The notes: generated from the sequence alone by a model not told the origin. Shown: positions 30,183 to 39,365, numbered from the stretch's first letter. The stretch: 64,000 nucleotides of DNA from Candidatus Latescibacterota bacterium (GCA_030658975.1 JAUSBL010000112.1:14248-78247); one strand, 5' to 3'. Translations and numbers: made by a program.

Positions 30183-31213
30183 TGGCGAACTGGGGCGGCC
30201 GCAGCGAAGGCCCCGATTTTGCGACCTTGAGGCGCGAACTGGCGGCCGGCAACTACCGCAGTATCTACCTGCTGGCGGGCGAAGATACGCACCGCGCTTC
30301 GAGCATTGTCGAGTACCTCGTGAATAAGCTGCTCGGCGCTTCGGGCTCCGCTTTCAATTCCCATGTATTCGACGGCGAGCAAACGGGTTGCGACCGCATC
30401 CTCCAGCAGGCTCGCAGCTATCCGATGTTCGGCGACCGCCAGGTGATCTGGGTGAAGCGGGCCGAACAGATGGTCGGCGACGCGGCCTCCGAGCAGGCTC
30501 TGCAGCGTTACCTGGCCGATCCCGTCGCGGCCACGACCCTCATCCTGATGTCCGAGAAGGTGGACGGGCGGAAATCCTGGGTCAAGGCCTGCAAGGCCGC
30601 CGGATTCTACTTCGAGATGGCGCCACCGAGCGGGCGCGATCTCGTGGACTGGACCGTGAGACGGGCCAAGGACAAGAAGCTGCCGCTGGCGTTGGAACTG
30701 GCCGAGATGCTGGTGGAACTCGTCGGCGACGATCTGCACGCCCTGGACGGCGAACTGGACAAGCTGGCCCTGATCGCCGCCGAAGCCAAGGACGGTCTGG
30801 ACGAGGAATCTCTGCGGGCCGTCATCCTGGAGCAGCGGGCGATCGATCCCTTCGAACTGGTCAAGCAGCTCGGACCCGGGCGCGAACGCGAAGGGCTGGC
30901 GGCGTTCCACCGGTTCCTGGCCGAGGGCCGTTCGGCGTTCGAACTGGCGCCGCTGCTGATCTGGCGGATCAAGCAGGTGGTCCAGGTGGCGGCGCTGCGC
31001 GCCGAGGGGCAATCGGAGAAAGCGGTGCCGGGGCTGCTGGGCATCACGCCGTTCGCCGCGCGGCAATCGCTCGAAACCGCGCGGCTGTGGGGCGACGCCA
31101 CGGTGGAGCGGGCGCTGCGGGCCTGCCACCGTTGCGAGGCGGCCATGAAGAGCAGCCCGCTGGAGCCCGAGATCATCCTCGAGAGGGCCATCCTGGATAT
31201 CTGCGCCTCCTGA
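30182..31213 (+). CDS. holA: DNA polymerase III delta subunit
   Basis: ATG overlaps the upstream stop (ATGA). DNA_pol3_delta N-domain with 'IYLLAGED' motif ('AGNYRSIYLLAGED...'). Length 343 aa. Confidence 0.8.
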   Translation: MANWGGRSEGPDFATLRRELAAGNYRSIYLLAGEDTHRASSIVEYLVNKLLGASGSAFNSHVFDGEQTGCDRILQQARSYPMFGDRQVIWVKRAEQMVGDAASEQALQRYLADPVAATTLILMSEKVDGRKSWVKACKAAGFYFEMAPPSGRDLVDWTVRRAKDKKLPLALELAEMLVELVGDDLHALDGELDKLALIAAEAKDGLDEESLRAVILEQRAIDPFELVKQLGPGREREGLAAFHRFLAEGRSAFELAPLLIWRIKQVVQVAALRAEGQSEKAVPGLLGITPFAARQSLETARLWGDATVERALRACHRCEAAMKSSPLEPEIILERAILDICAS

Positions 31214-31329
31214 TCCGGATTCGTATCAGCTTAACATAATATACATTATGCGCAATTAATGAAGCGGGAGCCGCAAGGCGCGGCAGGGCTTGAGATTGGC
31301 GCCCCCCTCGTGATGGCGGGTCGGTGTTC

Positions 31330-31683
31330 CTAGTGGATGGGCACCCGCGCGGCGAATTCATCGAGGAACGGCAGGTGCCAGGATTCGCCGGTCAACGCCT
31401 TGGCGAAGCCCAGCGCGGAGATTCCCAGGCAGGTCAGCAATCCGACCAGGTGCAGGACCACCGAGAGCAGCATGCCGAGCAGCGGGATGCGGCCGAGACT
31501 GTGGTCCACGATCCCCAGCACGAGCAGCAGCACGACCTCGGCCGCGAGCAGGGTGAATCCCTGCCGGCAGTGACGGGCCAGGAACTCCCCCTTGTTCTCC
31601 ACCATCAGGATGGGCAGCACGACCAGCGCGCTGACGTAGCAAGAGGCTCCCCACCAACGTTCCGTGACGGTCGGTTCGTTCAT
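31330..31683 (-). CDS. DUF4870-family small membrane protein
   Basis: WWGASCYVSALVVLPILMV...FHCRQGF-like pattern, three TM helices. Confidence 0.55.
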   Translation of the reverse strand: MNEPTVTERWWGASCYVSALVVLPILMVENKGEFLARHCRQGFTLLAAEVVLLLVLGIVDHSLGRIPLLGMLLSVVLHLVGLLTCLGISALGFAKALTGESWHLPFLDEFAARVPIH

Positions 31684-31845
31684 GGCGTTCCTTTCGGGGC
31701 ATTCGGCGACGTCGGTAATGTAGCGGATCGACGCGCCGAAGAAAAGCGCGGAACGCGCCGTGGCTTGTGACCCGACAGGAATGATGCTAGCCTGCGCCGA
31801 TGCCGTTTGTAGCGGGTTCCGGGTGACCAGGAGGCGTCAGTCCGC

Positions 31846-32244
31846 ATGGGGAATCGATGGTGGGCTCAACGTAAGGCGATCGAGGCTGACCGGATCCTGG
31901 AAATGGTGCCGCAGACCCTGGTCGACTCGCGCGTCGACGGCGTCTCGCAGGTCGTCCTGCTGGAACCGCGCTTCCGCAGCGGTCCGCTCGCGCGCTGGCT
32001 GCAATCCCGCCTGCCGCCCGAACGCGCTTACATCGAAGTGCGCCTCGAGGCCTTCGGCAGCACGATCTGGCGCCTGCTGGACGGCCGCCGCAGCGTCGCC
32101 GACATCATGCGCGGGTTCGTGGCCGCGCATCCGGATCAGGCCGACAGCGCCAGCGAGCGCGTCTGGCTCTACCTGCAGGGATTGGAGCGGCACGGATTCG
32201 TGAATTTCCCGCAGGCGGCCACTCCCCCGGCCCACGTTGAATAA
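31846..32244 (+). CDS. PqqD-family / RiPP-recognition-element (RRE)-like protein, orphan
   Basis: SD CAGGAGG 8 nt upstream. C-terminal 80 aa (LEAFGSTIWRLLDGRRSVADIMRGFVAAHPDQADSASERVWLYLQGLERHGFV) fits the PqqD/RRE winged-helix pattern. Confidence 0.55.
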   Translation: MGNRWWAQRKAIEADRILEMVPQTLVDSRVDGVSQVVLLEPRFRSGPLARWLQSRLPPERAYIEVRLEAFGSTIWRLLDGRRSVADIMRGFVAAHPDQADSASERVWLYLQGLERHGFVNFPQAATPPAHVE

Positions 32245-32307
32245 TTGTCAGAAAACCCGGTGACGTCATGGTGTGGGCGATATCATCGTTCAAAAACGTC
32301 GGAGCGG

Positions 32308-32384
32308 TGGTACCCCAGACAGGGCTCGAACCTGCGACCCCCGGTTTAGGAAACCGGTGCTCTATCCAGCTGAGCTACTGGGGC
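32308..32384 (-). tRNA. tRNA-Arg (anticodon CCT)
   Basis: Reverse complement reads GCCCCAGTAGCTCAGCTGGATAGAGCACCGGTTTCCTAAACCGG...GGTTCGAGCCC...CCA. Confidence 0.8.
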
Positions 32385-32476
32385 ACCCGAGCGGATCGAG
32401 TCGAGTGCAGTGGATCAGGACTCGGTCCCGACGGCCGGGACCGTCCCATGGCACCGGTGAAGGCCGGAAACGCAAA

Positions 32477-33001
32477 CTAGCCGGGCTCCCGAAATTTGAC
32501 AAGTGAAAACACGGGGTCGCCGGCCAGGCGCTCGCGCCCTCCCAGACCTTCCAGTTCGACCAGGAACAGGTGCCCCGCCACCGCACCGCCCAGGCGCCGC
32601 ACCAGGGCGGCGGCGGCCGCGGCGGTGCCGCCGGTGGCCAGCAGGTCGTCGACGATCAGCACGCGTTCGCCGGGCGCGATCGCGTCGCGGTGGACTTCCA
32701 GCGTGGCGGTGCCGTACTCCAGCGCGTAGCTCTCCGACACCGTGTCCGCAGGCAGTTTGCCGGGCTTGCGCATCACGACCAGACCCATCCCCCACTGCCG
32801 GGCCAGCGGCGCGGCGAACAGGAACCCGCGCGACTCGAGCGCGGCCAGGCGGTCGCAGGGCACGTCGCGCACCAGGGCGGCCATGCCGTCCAGGGCGGCG
32901 CGGAAGGCCGCGGGTTCGTTCAGGAGCGGCGTGATGTCGCGGAACAGGATGCCCGGCTTGGGGAAGTCGGGCACGGCGCGGATGACGGTGCTGAGATCCA
33001 C
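32477..33001 (-). CDS. apt: adenine phosphoribosyltransferase
   Basis: FPKPGILFRDITPLL...RGFLFAAPLA...VLIVDDLLATGGTAAA PRTase motif. GTG start 7 nt after GGAGG. Confidence 0.9.
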   Translation of the reverse strand: MDLSTVIRAVPDFPKPGILFRDITPLLNEPAAFRAALDGMAALVRDVPCDRLAALESRGFLFAAPLARQWGMGLVVMRKPGKLPADTVSESYALEYGTATLEVHRDAIAPGERVLIVDDLLATGGTAAAAAALVRRLGGAVAGHLFLVELEGLGGRERLAGDPVFSLVKFREPG

Positions 33002-33026
33002 GGCAGGCCTCCGGTGCGCTCGGGGA

Positions 33027-33692
33027 TCAGCGCAGCAGTCGCGACGGGTCCACCGCCTCGCTCTGCACCCGCAGTTCGACGTGAAGGTAGGGTTCCTTGC
33101 CCTCGGCCGGCTGACCGGTGCGGCCCAGCGGTTCGCCCTTCAGGACGATCTTTCCGGCTTCGATCTCCAGGTCCGCGGGATCCAGGGGCGAGAGGACCGT
33201 CGCGAAACCGCCGCCGTGGTCGATGATGGCGAGGGTCCCGTAGCCGGCCTGCTCCCCCACGTAGCGCACCAGACCGTTCGCGGGCGCCACGACCTCTCCC
33301 CCGGCCGGATAGGCGATGTCCGATCCCGTGCGTCGCGCCACGATCGAACCCGCCTGGGCGCCGAAGGAGCGCAGCACGCGGCCGGATTTGCCCGTGTAGG
33401 GGTGGCGCCAGGAGATCTTGTCCGGTTGGACCTTCTGGAAGGGGGCGGCGATCCTCAGGACCTGACCGACGTGGACGATGTCGCCGGGCAACTTGTTGTG
33501 GCGGCTGATCTCGGCCACCGAGGTGCCGCAGCGCGTCGCGATCCGGCCCAGCGAGTCGCCGTTGCGCACGACGTAGCTGGCTTCGGGCGCCGCGGCCAGG
33601 GCGCCGGCCGACAGCATGACGATCAGGGCAGCGAGCGGAAAGCGGAACTTCGGGCGCCGTCGGGGCGACGGGCGCGGTGTGGGCTTGGGCAT
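33027..33692 (-). CDS. LysM-domain M23-family metallopeptidase, signal peptide
   Basis: LysM (YVVRNGDSLGRIATRCGTSVAEISRHNKL) and M23 (HxxxD...HLHVE). ATG at 33692 preceded by GGAGGA. The longer ORF-track start was rejected. Confidence 0.8.
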   Translation of the reverse strand: MPKPTPRPSPRRRPKFRFPLAALIVMLSAGALAAAPEASYVVRNGDSLGRIATRCGTSVAEISRHNKLPGDIVHVGQVLRIAAPFQKVQPDKISWRHPYTGKSGRVLRSFGAQAGSIVARRTGSDIAYPAGGEVVAPANGLVRYVGEQAGYGTLAIIDHGGGFATVLSPLDPADLEIEAGKIVLKGEPLGRTGQPAEGKEPYLHVELRVQSEAVDPSRLLR

Positions 33693-33847
33693 GGGCGGCA
33701 GTCCTCCGTGGCTGGTCGTCCTGTGCGGATGATGGCCGTGAACACCCCGCGGGGCAAGAGGTTTCCGCAGGCGTCGGCGTGGGAACGACCCGCCTGCTCG
33801 AGCCGGACAGGGGAAAATTTCACAATTCGCAGTCTCGTCGAATTCAT

Positions 33848-33863
33848 TGTGTAATATTTCACA
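33848..33863 (+). promoter_or_regulatory. CRP-family-like binding site TGTGT-N6-TCACA upstream of the DUF485-actP operon
   Basis: AT-rich 16-nt dyad TGTGTAATATTTCACA (one mismatch to TGTGA-N6-TCACA) in an otherwise GC-rich divergent intergenic region, about 95 nt upstream of the DUF485 start. Confidence 0.4.
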
Positions 33864-33958
33864 GCATGCTAGGTTTCCACGCATTGCGCTCCCCAGGGCG
33901 GCGCCCGGCGGCTTCCGGCGCTCCCCCCCTGTCGTCCGCCTGCACCCTAGGAGGGAAG

Positions 33959-34258
33959 ATGCTCCACGGACCCGCCCGCTCTTCCGGTCCGGATCCCGCC
34001 AGCGGCTACAAGACCCGGCTGGGCGTCGTGATGTTCATCATCTACTGCGTCGTCTACGCCGGGTTCGTCATGACGAACGTCGTCAACGAAGGCCGCGCGA
34101 TGCAGACCATCGTGTTCGCCGGGCTCAACCTCGCCGTGGTCTACGGCTTCGGGCTGATCATCTTCGCCCTGGTCCTGGCGCTCATCTACAACCATCTCTG
34201 CACGCGCAAGGAGCGCGAGCTGAACGTTACCCGCAGCGAGAAAGGGGCCGGCGCATGA
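33959..34258 (+). CDS. DUF485 (YjcH-family) small membrane protein, actP partner
   Basis: Two TM helices, roughly 100 aa. SD AGGAGGGAAG. Stop overlaps the actP start (ATGA). Confidence 0.8.
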   Translation: MLHGPARSSGPDPASGYKTRLGVVMFIIYCVVYAGFVMTNVVNEGRAMQTIVFAGLNLAVVYGFGLIIFALVLALIYNHLCTRKERELNVTRSEKGAGA

Positions 34259-36129
34259 ACCTGCACGGAACGCCCCTCTCCATCGTCATCTTCGCGCTGT
34301 TCGTCGCGGCGGTGCTGTTCCTGAGCTTCTTCTTCGCGCGCAAGGCGAAGTCGGCTGCGGGCTACTACGCCGCCGGCGGGCAGATCCACTGGGCGGTCAA
34401 CGGGATCAGCTTCGCCGGGGACTACCTGTCGGCCGCGTCGTTTCTGGGCATCTGCGGCATGATCGCGACGCTCGGCTACGACGGCTTCCTGTATTCCATC
34501 GGCTACCTGGCCGGTTGGGTCGTGGCGCTGTTCGTGGTGGCCGAGCCCATGAAGCGCATGGGCAAGTTCACCTTCACCGACGCCCTGGACGCCAAGTTCG
34601 ACAGTCGCGGCATCAAGCTGGCCGCGGCCATCTCCACGCTGGTGGTGTCGATCTGCTACCTCATCCCGCAGATGAACGGCGCCGGGTCGCTGGTGGAACC
34701 GCTGCTCGGCCTGCCCCACTGGGTGGGCGTGATCCTGGTGGGCGCCATCGTGATCGTCATCGTGTCGGCCGCAGGCATGACCTCCACGACCTACGTGCAG
34801 TTCCTCAAGGGCGGCCTGCTGCTGATCTTCTCCACCATCCTGGTGGGCTTCGTGCTCTCGCGCGGCCTGAGCACCGAGCCCGTGGGGCTCGAGAGCGGCG
34901 CCCCCCGCGGCGAGATGACCGTGCAGGCCACCGATAGCCAGCTCCTGGAGCAGGGGTACGCGCTGTTGCACACGACCGGCAGCCTGCAGAAGTACGTCCG
35001 CGACGGGACGACCACCTGGTGGAAGCGCGAGGCCGACGGCACGCTCTGGCGGGCGCAGTGGACCAGCGACGGGGTGGTCAACGGCGTGGCCGGCGGCGTG
35101 CTGGAGCCCGTCGGCCGTCTGCGGCAAATCGGCGGCATGAGCGAAGCGGAAGCCGCCGCCGGCACCGGCTCGGTGGGCCCGCTGGATTTCCTGGCCCATC
35201 TGACCCATCCCGAGACCCGCATCGAACAGTGGCAGAAGCAGGCCGTGACCGACGAGAAGGGCGCGAAGTACGCCGTCTACACGCCCAAGATGGTCTCGGG
35301 CACCGACCAGATGAAGCCGGGCGTGAAGTTCAAGGTGCACACCACGACCGAGAAGCTCAACTTCGTGTCGCTGATGATGGCCCTGTTCTTCGGGACCGCG
35401 GCGCTGCCGCATATCCTGATCCGCTACTACACCGTGCCGAGCCCGGCCTGCGCCCGCAAGTCGACGATCGTGGCCATCGCCTCGATCGGGTTCTTCTACG
35501 TCCTGACCCTGTTCATGGGTCTCGGCGCGGCGGTCAACGGCACGGTGAACCCGGCCGACAACAACATGTCGGCGCCGCTGCTGGCGATGTCCTTCGGCGG
35601 CGTGCTGTTCGCCATCATCTCGGCCATCGCGTTCGCGACCGTGCTGGGCACCGTCGCCGGCCTGATCGTGGCCGCCTCGGGCGCGGTGGCCCACGACCTG
35701 ATGGACCGCTTCGGCCGCATGGACCTGAGCGACCGGCAGAAGGTGCGCGCCGGCAAGATCGCCGCCTTCGCCGTGGGCATCGTGGCGATCGTGCTGGGCA
35801 TCGTCTTCCGCGGGGTCAACGTGAGCTTCCTGGTCGGCTGGGCCTTCGCCGTGGCGGCGTCGGCCAACCTGCCGGCCATCCTGATGCTCCTGTTCTGGCC
35901 GCGCACCACCGCGGCGGGCATCGTGGCCTCGATCATCGTGGGCATCGTCTCCTCGCTCGGGATCATCCTGACCGGGCCGGAGATGTTCGCGGGACCGTAC
36001 GGGCTGACCGCCGAACAGGCGTGGCACCCCCTGGGGCAGCCGGGGATCATCTCGATCCCGCTGAGCTTCCTGGCGCTGATCGTGGTGTCGCTGGTGACGA
36101 AGAACCGGCGGGTCGCCGTCGAGGCCTGA
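34255..36129 (+). CDS. actP: cation/acetate symporter ActP (sodium:solute symporter family)
   Basis: SSF motifs (GGQIHWAVNGISFAGDYLSAASFLG...). 624 aa with a roughly 165-aa hydrophilic loop. Confidence 0.88.
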   Translation: MNLHGTPLSIVIFALFVAAVLFLSFFFARKAKSAAGYYAAGGQIHWAVNGISFAGDYLSAASFLGICGMIATLGYDGFLYSIGYLAGWVVALFVVAEPMKRMGKFTFTDALDAKFDSRGIKLAAAISTLVVSICYLIPQMNGAGSLVEPLLGLPHWVGVILVGAIVIVIVSAAGMTSTTYVQFLKGGLLLIFSTILVGFVLSRGLSTEPVGLESGAPRGEMTVQATDSQLLEQGYALLHTTGSLQKYVRDGTTTWWKREADGTLWRAQWTSDGVVNGVAGGVLEPVGRLRQIGGMSEAEAAAGTGSVGPLDFLAHLTHPETRIEQWQKQAVTDEKGAKYAVYTPKMVSGTDQMKPGVKFKVHTTTEKLNFVSLMMALFFGTAALPHILIRYYTVPSPACARKSTIVAIASIGFFYVLTLFMGLGAAVNGTVNPADNNMSAPLLAMSFGGVLFAIISAIAFATVLGTVAGLIVAASGAVAHDLMDRFGRMDLSDRQKVRAGKIAAFAVGIVAIVLGIVFRGVNVSFLVGWAFAVAASANLPAILMLLFWPRTTAAGIVASIIVGIVSSLGIILTGPEMFAGPYGLTAEQAWHPLGQPGIISIPLSFLALIVVSLVTKNRRVAVEA

Positions 36130-36132
36130 AAG

Positions 36133-36165
36133 CGCGGGCCGGTCGGCCGGCCCGCCTCCCTTTCC
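36133..36165 (+). terminator. hairpin GCGGGCCGG-TCGG-CCGGCCCGC followed by a pyrimidine/T-rich tract; possible partial terminator after actP
   Basis: 9-bp GC stem immediately after the actP stop, then CTCCCTTTCCTTCCC. Confidence 0.35.
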
Positions 36166-36186
36166 TTCCCGACAAGGAGTTGAACG

Positions 36187-37245
36187 ATGACCAGGACGGA
36201 CTTGCTGTTGCGGGCGGCGCTGGTGGTGTTGACGGTCACGGCCGTTCCCGCGCTGGCCGGTCCCCGCTGGGACTTCGACGACGGGGGCAACCTGCAGTTC
36301 GGTCTGCTGGGTCAGTTCCACGCCGTGACGGTGGCGGACGCCGCGGCCGACCACGACGTTTACCTGCGCCGGGGGCGCCTGATCTTCAGCGGCCAGATCG
36401 CCGACGGCGTGAAGGTCTTCGCCGAGACGGACAACGACAACGCCGGGCACAGCGCCGCGAGCGGCGTCGCCACCGACCTGCAGGACCTCTTCGTCGACCT
36501 GCGCCTGCACGGGGACCACTGGCTGGAGGTGGGGCTGATCCTGCTGCCGCTGTCCTTCGAGAGCACGTCATCGGCCGCGAGCCTGCTGGGGCTGGACTAC
36601 AACGCCGAGGTGATCAAGCTGGCCAACACCTTCGTCTGGCGCGACCAGGGCCTGATGCTGCACGGCGCTAGCGGCGGGAAGTTCGCCTACCGAGCAGGCG
36701 TCTTCGACGGCTACGAAGTCGGGACCACTAAGAATCCCGAGGCGGCGCCGCGCTTCACCGGGCACCTGGAGTACGCGGTGGTGGGCGACGCGCCCACGGC
36801 CTGGTTCCACGGGCAGGAGCGCCTGGGCGGGGATCCCTACCTGCTGCTGGGCACGGGGATCGACTACCAGAGACGGGCCAACCGCGCCGGCTACGTGTCG
36901 GCCGCCGATCCGGGCTGGACGATCGACAGCCGGGCCTTCGTGCTCGACCTGCAGTCCGGCTTCGTCGTGGGCGGGCTGTTCGGCACGCTCAACGCCGGCT
37001 GGTATGACTGGGACAATATCAATTTCCACGGCAGCACCTGGTTCGTCGAGTCGGGGTTGCGCCGCGACCGCGTGCAGGCGACGGGCAAGTTCGCCGTCGT
37101 GGATCACGACTCGGGAGTGCAGACCTCGAACGTGACGGCGGGATTGCACTACTACCGGCTGAAGCACAAGCTGCGCTACGGTCTGGAATTCAGCACCGGC
37201 GACAGCCCCAACCAGCTGTTGGCGGGCGTGCAGTTCCTGCTGTAG
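36187..37245 (+). CDS. putative outer-membrane beta-barrel porin, signal peptide
   Basis: Signal peptide ending ALAGP. Alternating amphipathic beta-strand pattern with Gly/aromatic girdle residues. SD AAGGAG. Family not resolved. Confidence 0.45.
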   Translation: MTRTDLLLRAALVVLTVTAVPALAGPRWDFDDGGNLQFGLLGQFHAVTVADAAADHDVYLRRGRLIFSGQIADGVKVFAETDNDNAGHSAASGVATDLQDLFVDLRLHGDHWLEVGLILLPLSFESTSSAASLLGLDYNAEVIKLANTFVWRDQGLMLHGASGGKFAYRAGVFDGYEVGTTKNPEAAPRFTGHLEYAVVGDAPTAWFHGQERLGGDPYLLLGTGIDYQRRANRAGYVSAADPGWTIDSRAFVLDLQSGFVVGGLFGTLNAGWYDWDNINFHGSTWFVESGLRRDRVQATGKFAVVDHDSGVQTSNVTAGLHYYRLKHKLRYGLEFSTGDSPNQLLAGVQFLL

Positions 37246-37293
37246 GCTCCGGCGTGGAGGCATCGGCATGAAATCGGCGGGCAGGTTACCACG

Positions 37294-39360
37294 ATGAAGC
37301 GTCTTGCGCTGCGCGCGGGCCTGCCCGCCCTGCTGGCCATCAGCCTCTTCTCCGGCGTGGTCTTCTTCCACTTCCTGCCCACCCTGAGCCGCGCGGTGAT
37401 GGACCAGAAGCGGCTCATGATCCGCGAGCTGACCGAGTCGTCGTGGAACATCCTGGCCCGCTACGAGGCCGAGGAGCGCGCGGGCCACCTCACGCGCGAG
37501 CAGGCCCAGGCCGCCGCCATCCTGCAGGTCCGCAGCCTCCACTACGGCCAGGAGGGCAAGGACTACTTCTGGATCAACGACCTGCAGCCGCGGATGATCG
37601 TCCACCCCTACCGGCCCGACCTCGAGGGCGAGGACCTGTCCGCCTTCGCCGACCCGCACGGCAAGCTGATCTTCGTCGCGATGGCCGACGTGGTGCGCCG
37701 CGAGGGCGCCGGGTACGTCGACTACATGTGGCAGTGGAAGGACGACCCCGCGCGCGTCGTGCCGAAGCTGTCGTACGTCATGGGTTTCGCGCCCTGGGGC
37801 TGGATCATCGGCACCGGCGTCTACACCGACGACGTCGACCGCGAGGTGGCGGCGGTGACCGGGCGGCTGCAGGCGGCGGCCCTGCTGATCCTCGCGGCCG
37901 TGACGCTGCTGCTGGTCTTCCTGCTGCGCACGAGCTACCAGGCCGAGCGCGGCCGTCTGCTCACGGCCGCCGCCCTGAAGACTTCCGAGGAGAAGTACCG
38001 CTCGCTGGTGGAATCGGCCGGCGAATCGATCTTCATGTCCGTGGGCGACGAGGGGCTCTTCGCCAACGCGAGCATGCTGAAGCTGGCGGGCTACGATCGC
38101 GAGGAGTTCGCGCGCCTGGATGCCGGGAAGCTGGTGCTCCCGACAACCGCCGAGCTGGAGAGCGGGCGCCGGCACTGGCAGGCGGTGGCCGACGGGGACC
38201 ACGCGCCGATCCGCTACGAGGCCGAGCTGGTCACGCGCGACGGCGGCGCCGTGCGGGTCATGCTGTCGTTGTCGCGCGTGGTGCTGCAGGGCAGGCCCGG
38301 GTGCATGGCCGTGGCCACCCGCCTGGCGCAGCCGCGCGTGCTCGACCTGGGCGCGGCGCGCAGCAGCGAGGACCTGGCGGCGGCGAACCGGCGCCTGGCG
38401 ACCATGGCCAGCCTGATGATGAGCCACGGGGCCGACGCGCTGCAGGTCAGCCGCATGCTCTCGCAGAACGCGGACACGGCCGTGCGCAAAGGCATCGAAC
38501 TGGCGATCGCCGAACTGGGCCCGCCGCCGTCGGACTTCGACGTCATGCTCATGGGGAGTCTCGGGCGCGCCGAGGTGAGCCTGCTGGCGGACCAGGACCA
38601 CGCCATCATCTACCCGGACCTGGAGGCCGGCGCGGAAGCGGCGGCGCGCGCCTACTTCCTGAGCCTGGGGACGCGGCTCTCCGAAATCCTGGACGCCGCG
38701 GGCTACCCCTACTGCCGGGGCGGCATCATGTCCGGGGAGCCCCGCTGCTGCCAGTCGCTCTCCGGCTGGCGGCGGACGTTCGCGGGCTGGATCCACACCC
38801 TGGAGGCCGAGGACCTGCTGCAGGTGAAGATCTTTTTCGATTTCCGGGGCGCCCTCGCGCGGGACGGGCTCGTCGCCGAACTGCGCGCCAGCCTGGCGGA
38901 CGAGATCGCGAGCGAGCCCCGCTTCCTGCACCTGCTCGCGCGCAGCGTGCTGCAGTACGAGCCGCCGCTGCGGTTGTTCGGCGGCTTCGCGCTGGAGAAG
39001 GGCGAGGCGGACCGCGCCACCTTCGACGTCAAGGGCGTCATGGCGCAGATCGTCGACTACGCGCGACTGCGCGCCCTGCAGCACGGGGTCGACGCCACCG
39101 CCACGGCGGACCGCCTGGCCGTCCTCGCGGCGGCCGGCAAGCTGCACGCCGAAACCGCGGCCGAACTCGCCGAGTCGTACCGCTTCCTGATGGACCTGCG
39201 GCTGCAGCACCAGTCCCGCCGGATCCTCGACCGCCTCGAACCCGACAACCGGCTCGAACCCGACGCCCTCGGCCCCGCGACGCGCAAGACCCTGAAGACC
39301 GTGTTCGCCCACATCAAGACGCTGCAGACCGCGCTGGACCACGAGTTCAGGGGGAGCTGA
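37294..39360 (+). CDS. membrane sensor: periplasmic sCache_2 domain, TM, PAS, and DUF294/GlnE-like nucleotidyltransferase output (DUF294 plus DUF294_C)
   Basis: Signal/TM helix. sCache_2 hallmarks (YFWINDLQPRMIVHPYRPDLEG...GYVDYMWQWKDDP...PWGWIIGTGVYTDDV). Second TM. PAS. NTase motif GSLGRAEVSLLADQDHAI (hG[GS]-x10-DxD) and C-terminal substrate-binding helical domain. Confidence 0.7.
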   Translation: MKRLALRAGLPALLAISLFSGVVFFHFLPTLSRAVMDQKRLMIRELTESSWNILARYEAEERAGHLTREQAQAAAILQVRSLHYGQEGKDYFWINDLQPRMIVHPYRPDLEGEDLSAFADPHGKLIFVAMADVVRREGAGYVDYMWQWKDDPARVVPKLSYVMGFAPWGWIIGTGVYTDDVDREVAAVTGRLQAAALLILAAVTLLLVFLLRTSYQAERGRLLTAAALKTSEEKYRSLVESAGESIFMSVGDEGLFANASMLKLAGYDREEFARLDAGKLVLPTTAELESGRRHWQAVADGDHAPIRYEAELVTRDGGAVRVMLSLSRVVLQGRPGCMAVATRLAQPRVLDLGAARSSEDLAAANRRLATMASLMMSHGADALQVSRMLSQNADTAVRKGIELAIAELGPPPSDFDVMLMGSLGRAEVSLLADQDHAIIYPDLEAGAEAAARAYFLSLGTRLSEILDAAGYPYCRGGIMSGEPRCCQSLSGWRRTFAGWIHTLEAEDLLQVKIFFDFRGALARDGLVAELRASLADEIASEPRFLHLLARSVLQYEPPLRLFGGFALEKGEADRATFDVKGVMAQIVDYARLRALQHGVDATATADRLAVLAAAGKLHAETAAELAESYRFLMDLRLQHQSRRILDRLEPDNRLEPDALGPATRKTLKTVFAHIKTLQTALDHEFRGS

Positions 39361-39365
39361 ACGCG

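Noticed and set aside
31259-31333. 24-codon ORF (MKREPQGAAGLEIGAPLVMAGRCS) in the AT-rich island, considered as a possible RiPP precursor for the nearby RRE-like protein
   Set aside because: No SD. It overlaps the 3' end of the convergent DUF4870 gene. Nothing leader/core-like. Kept only as a remote possibility.
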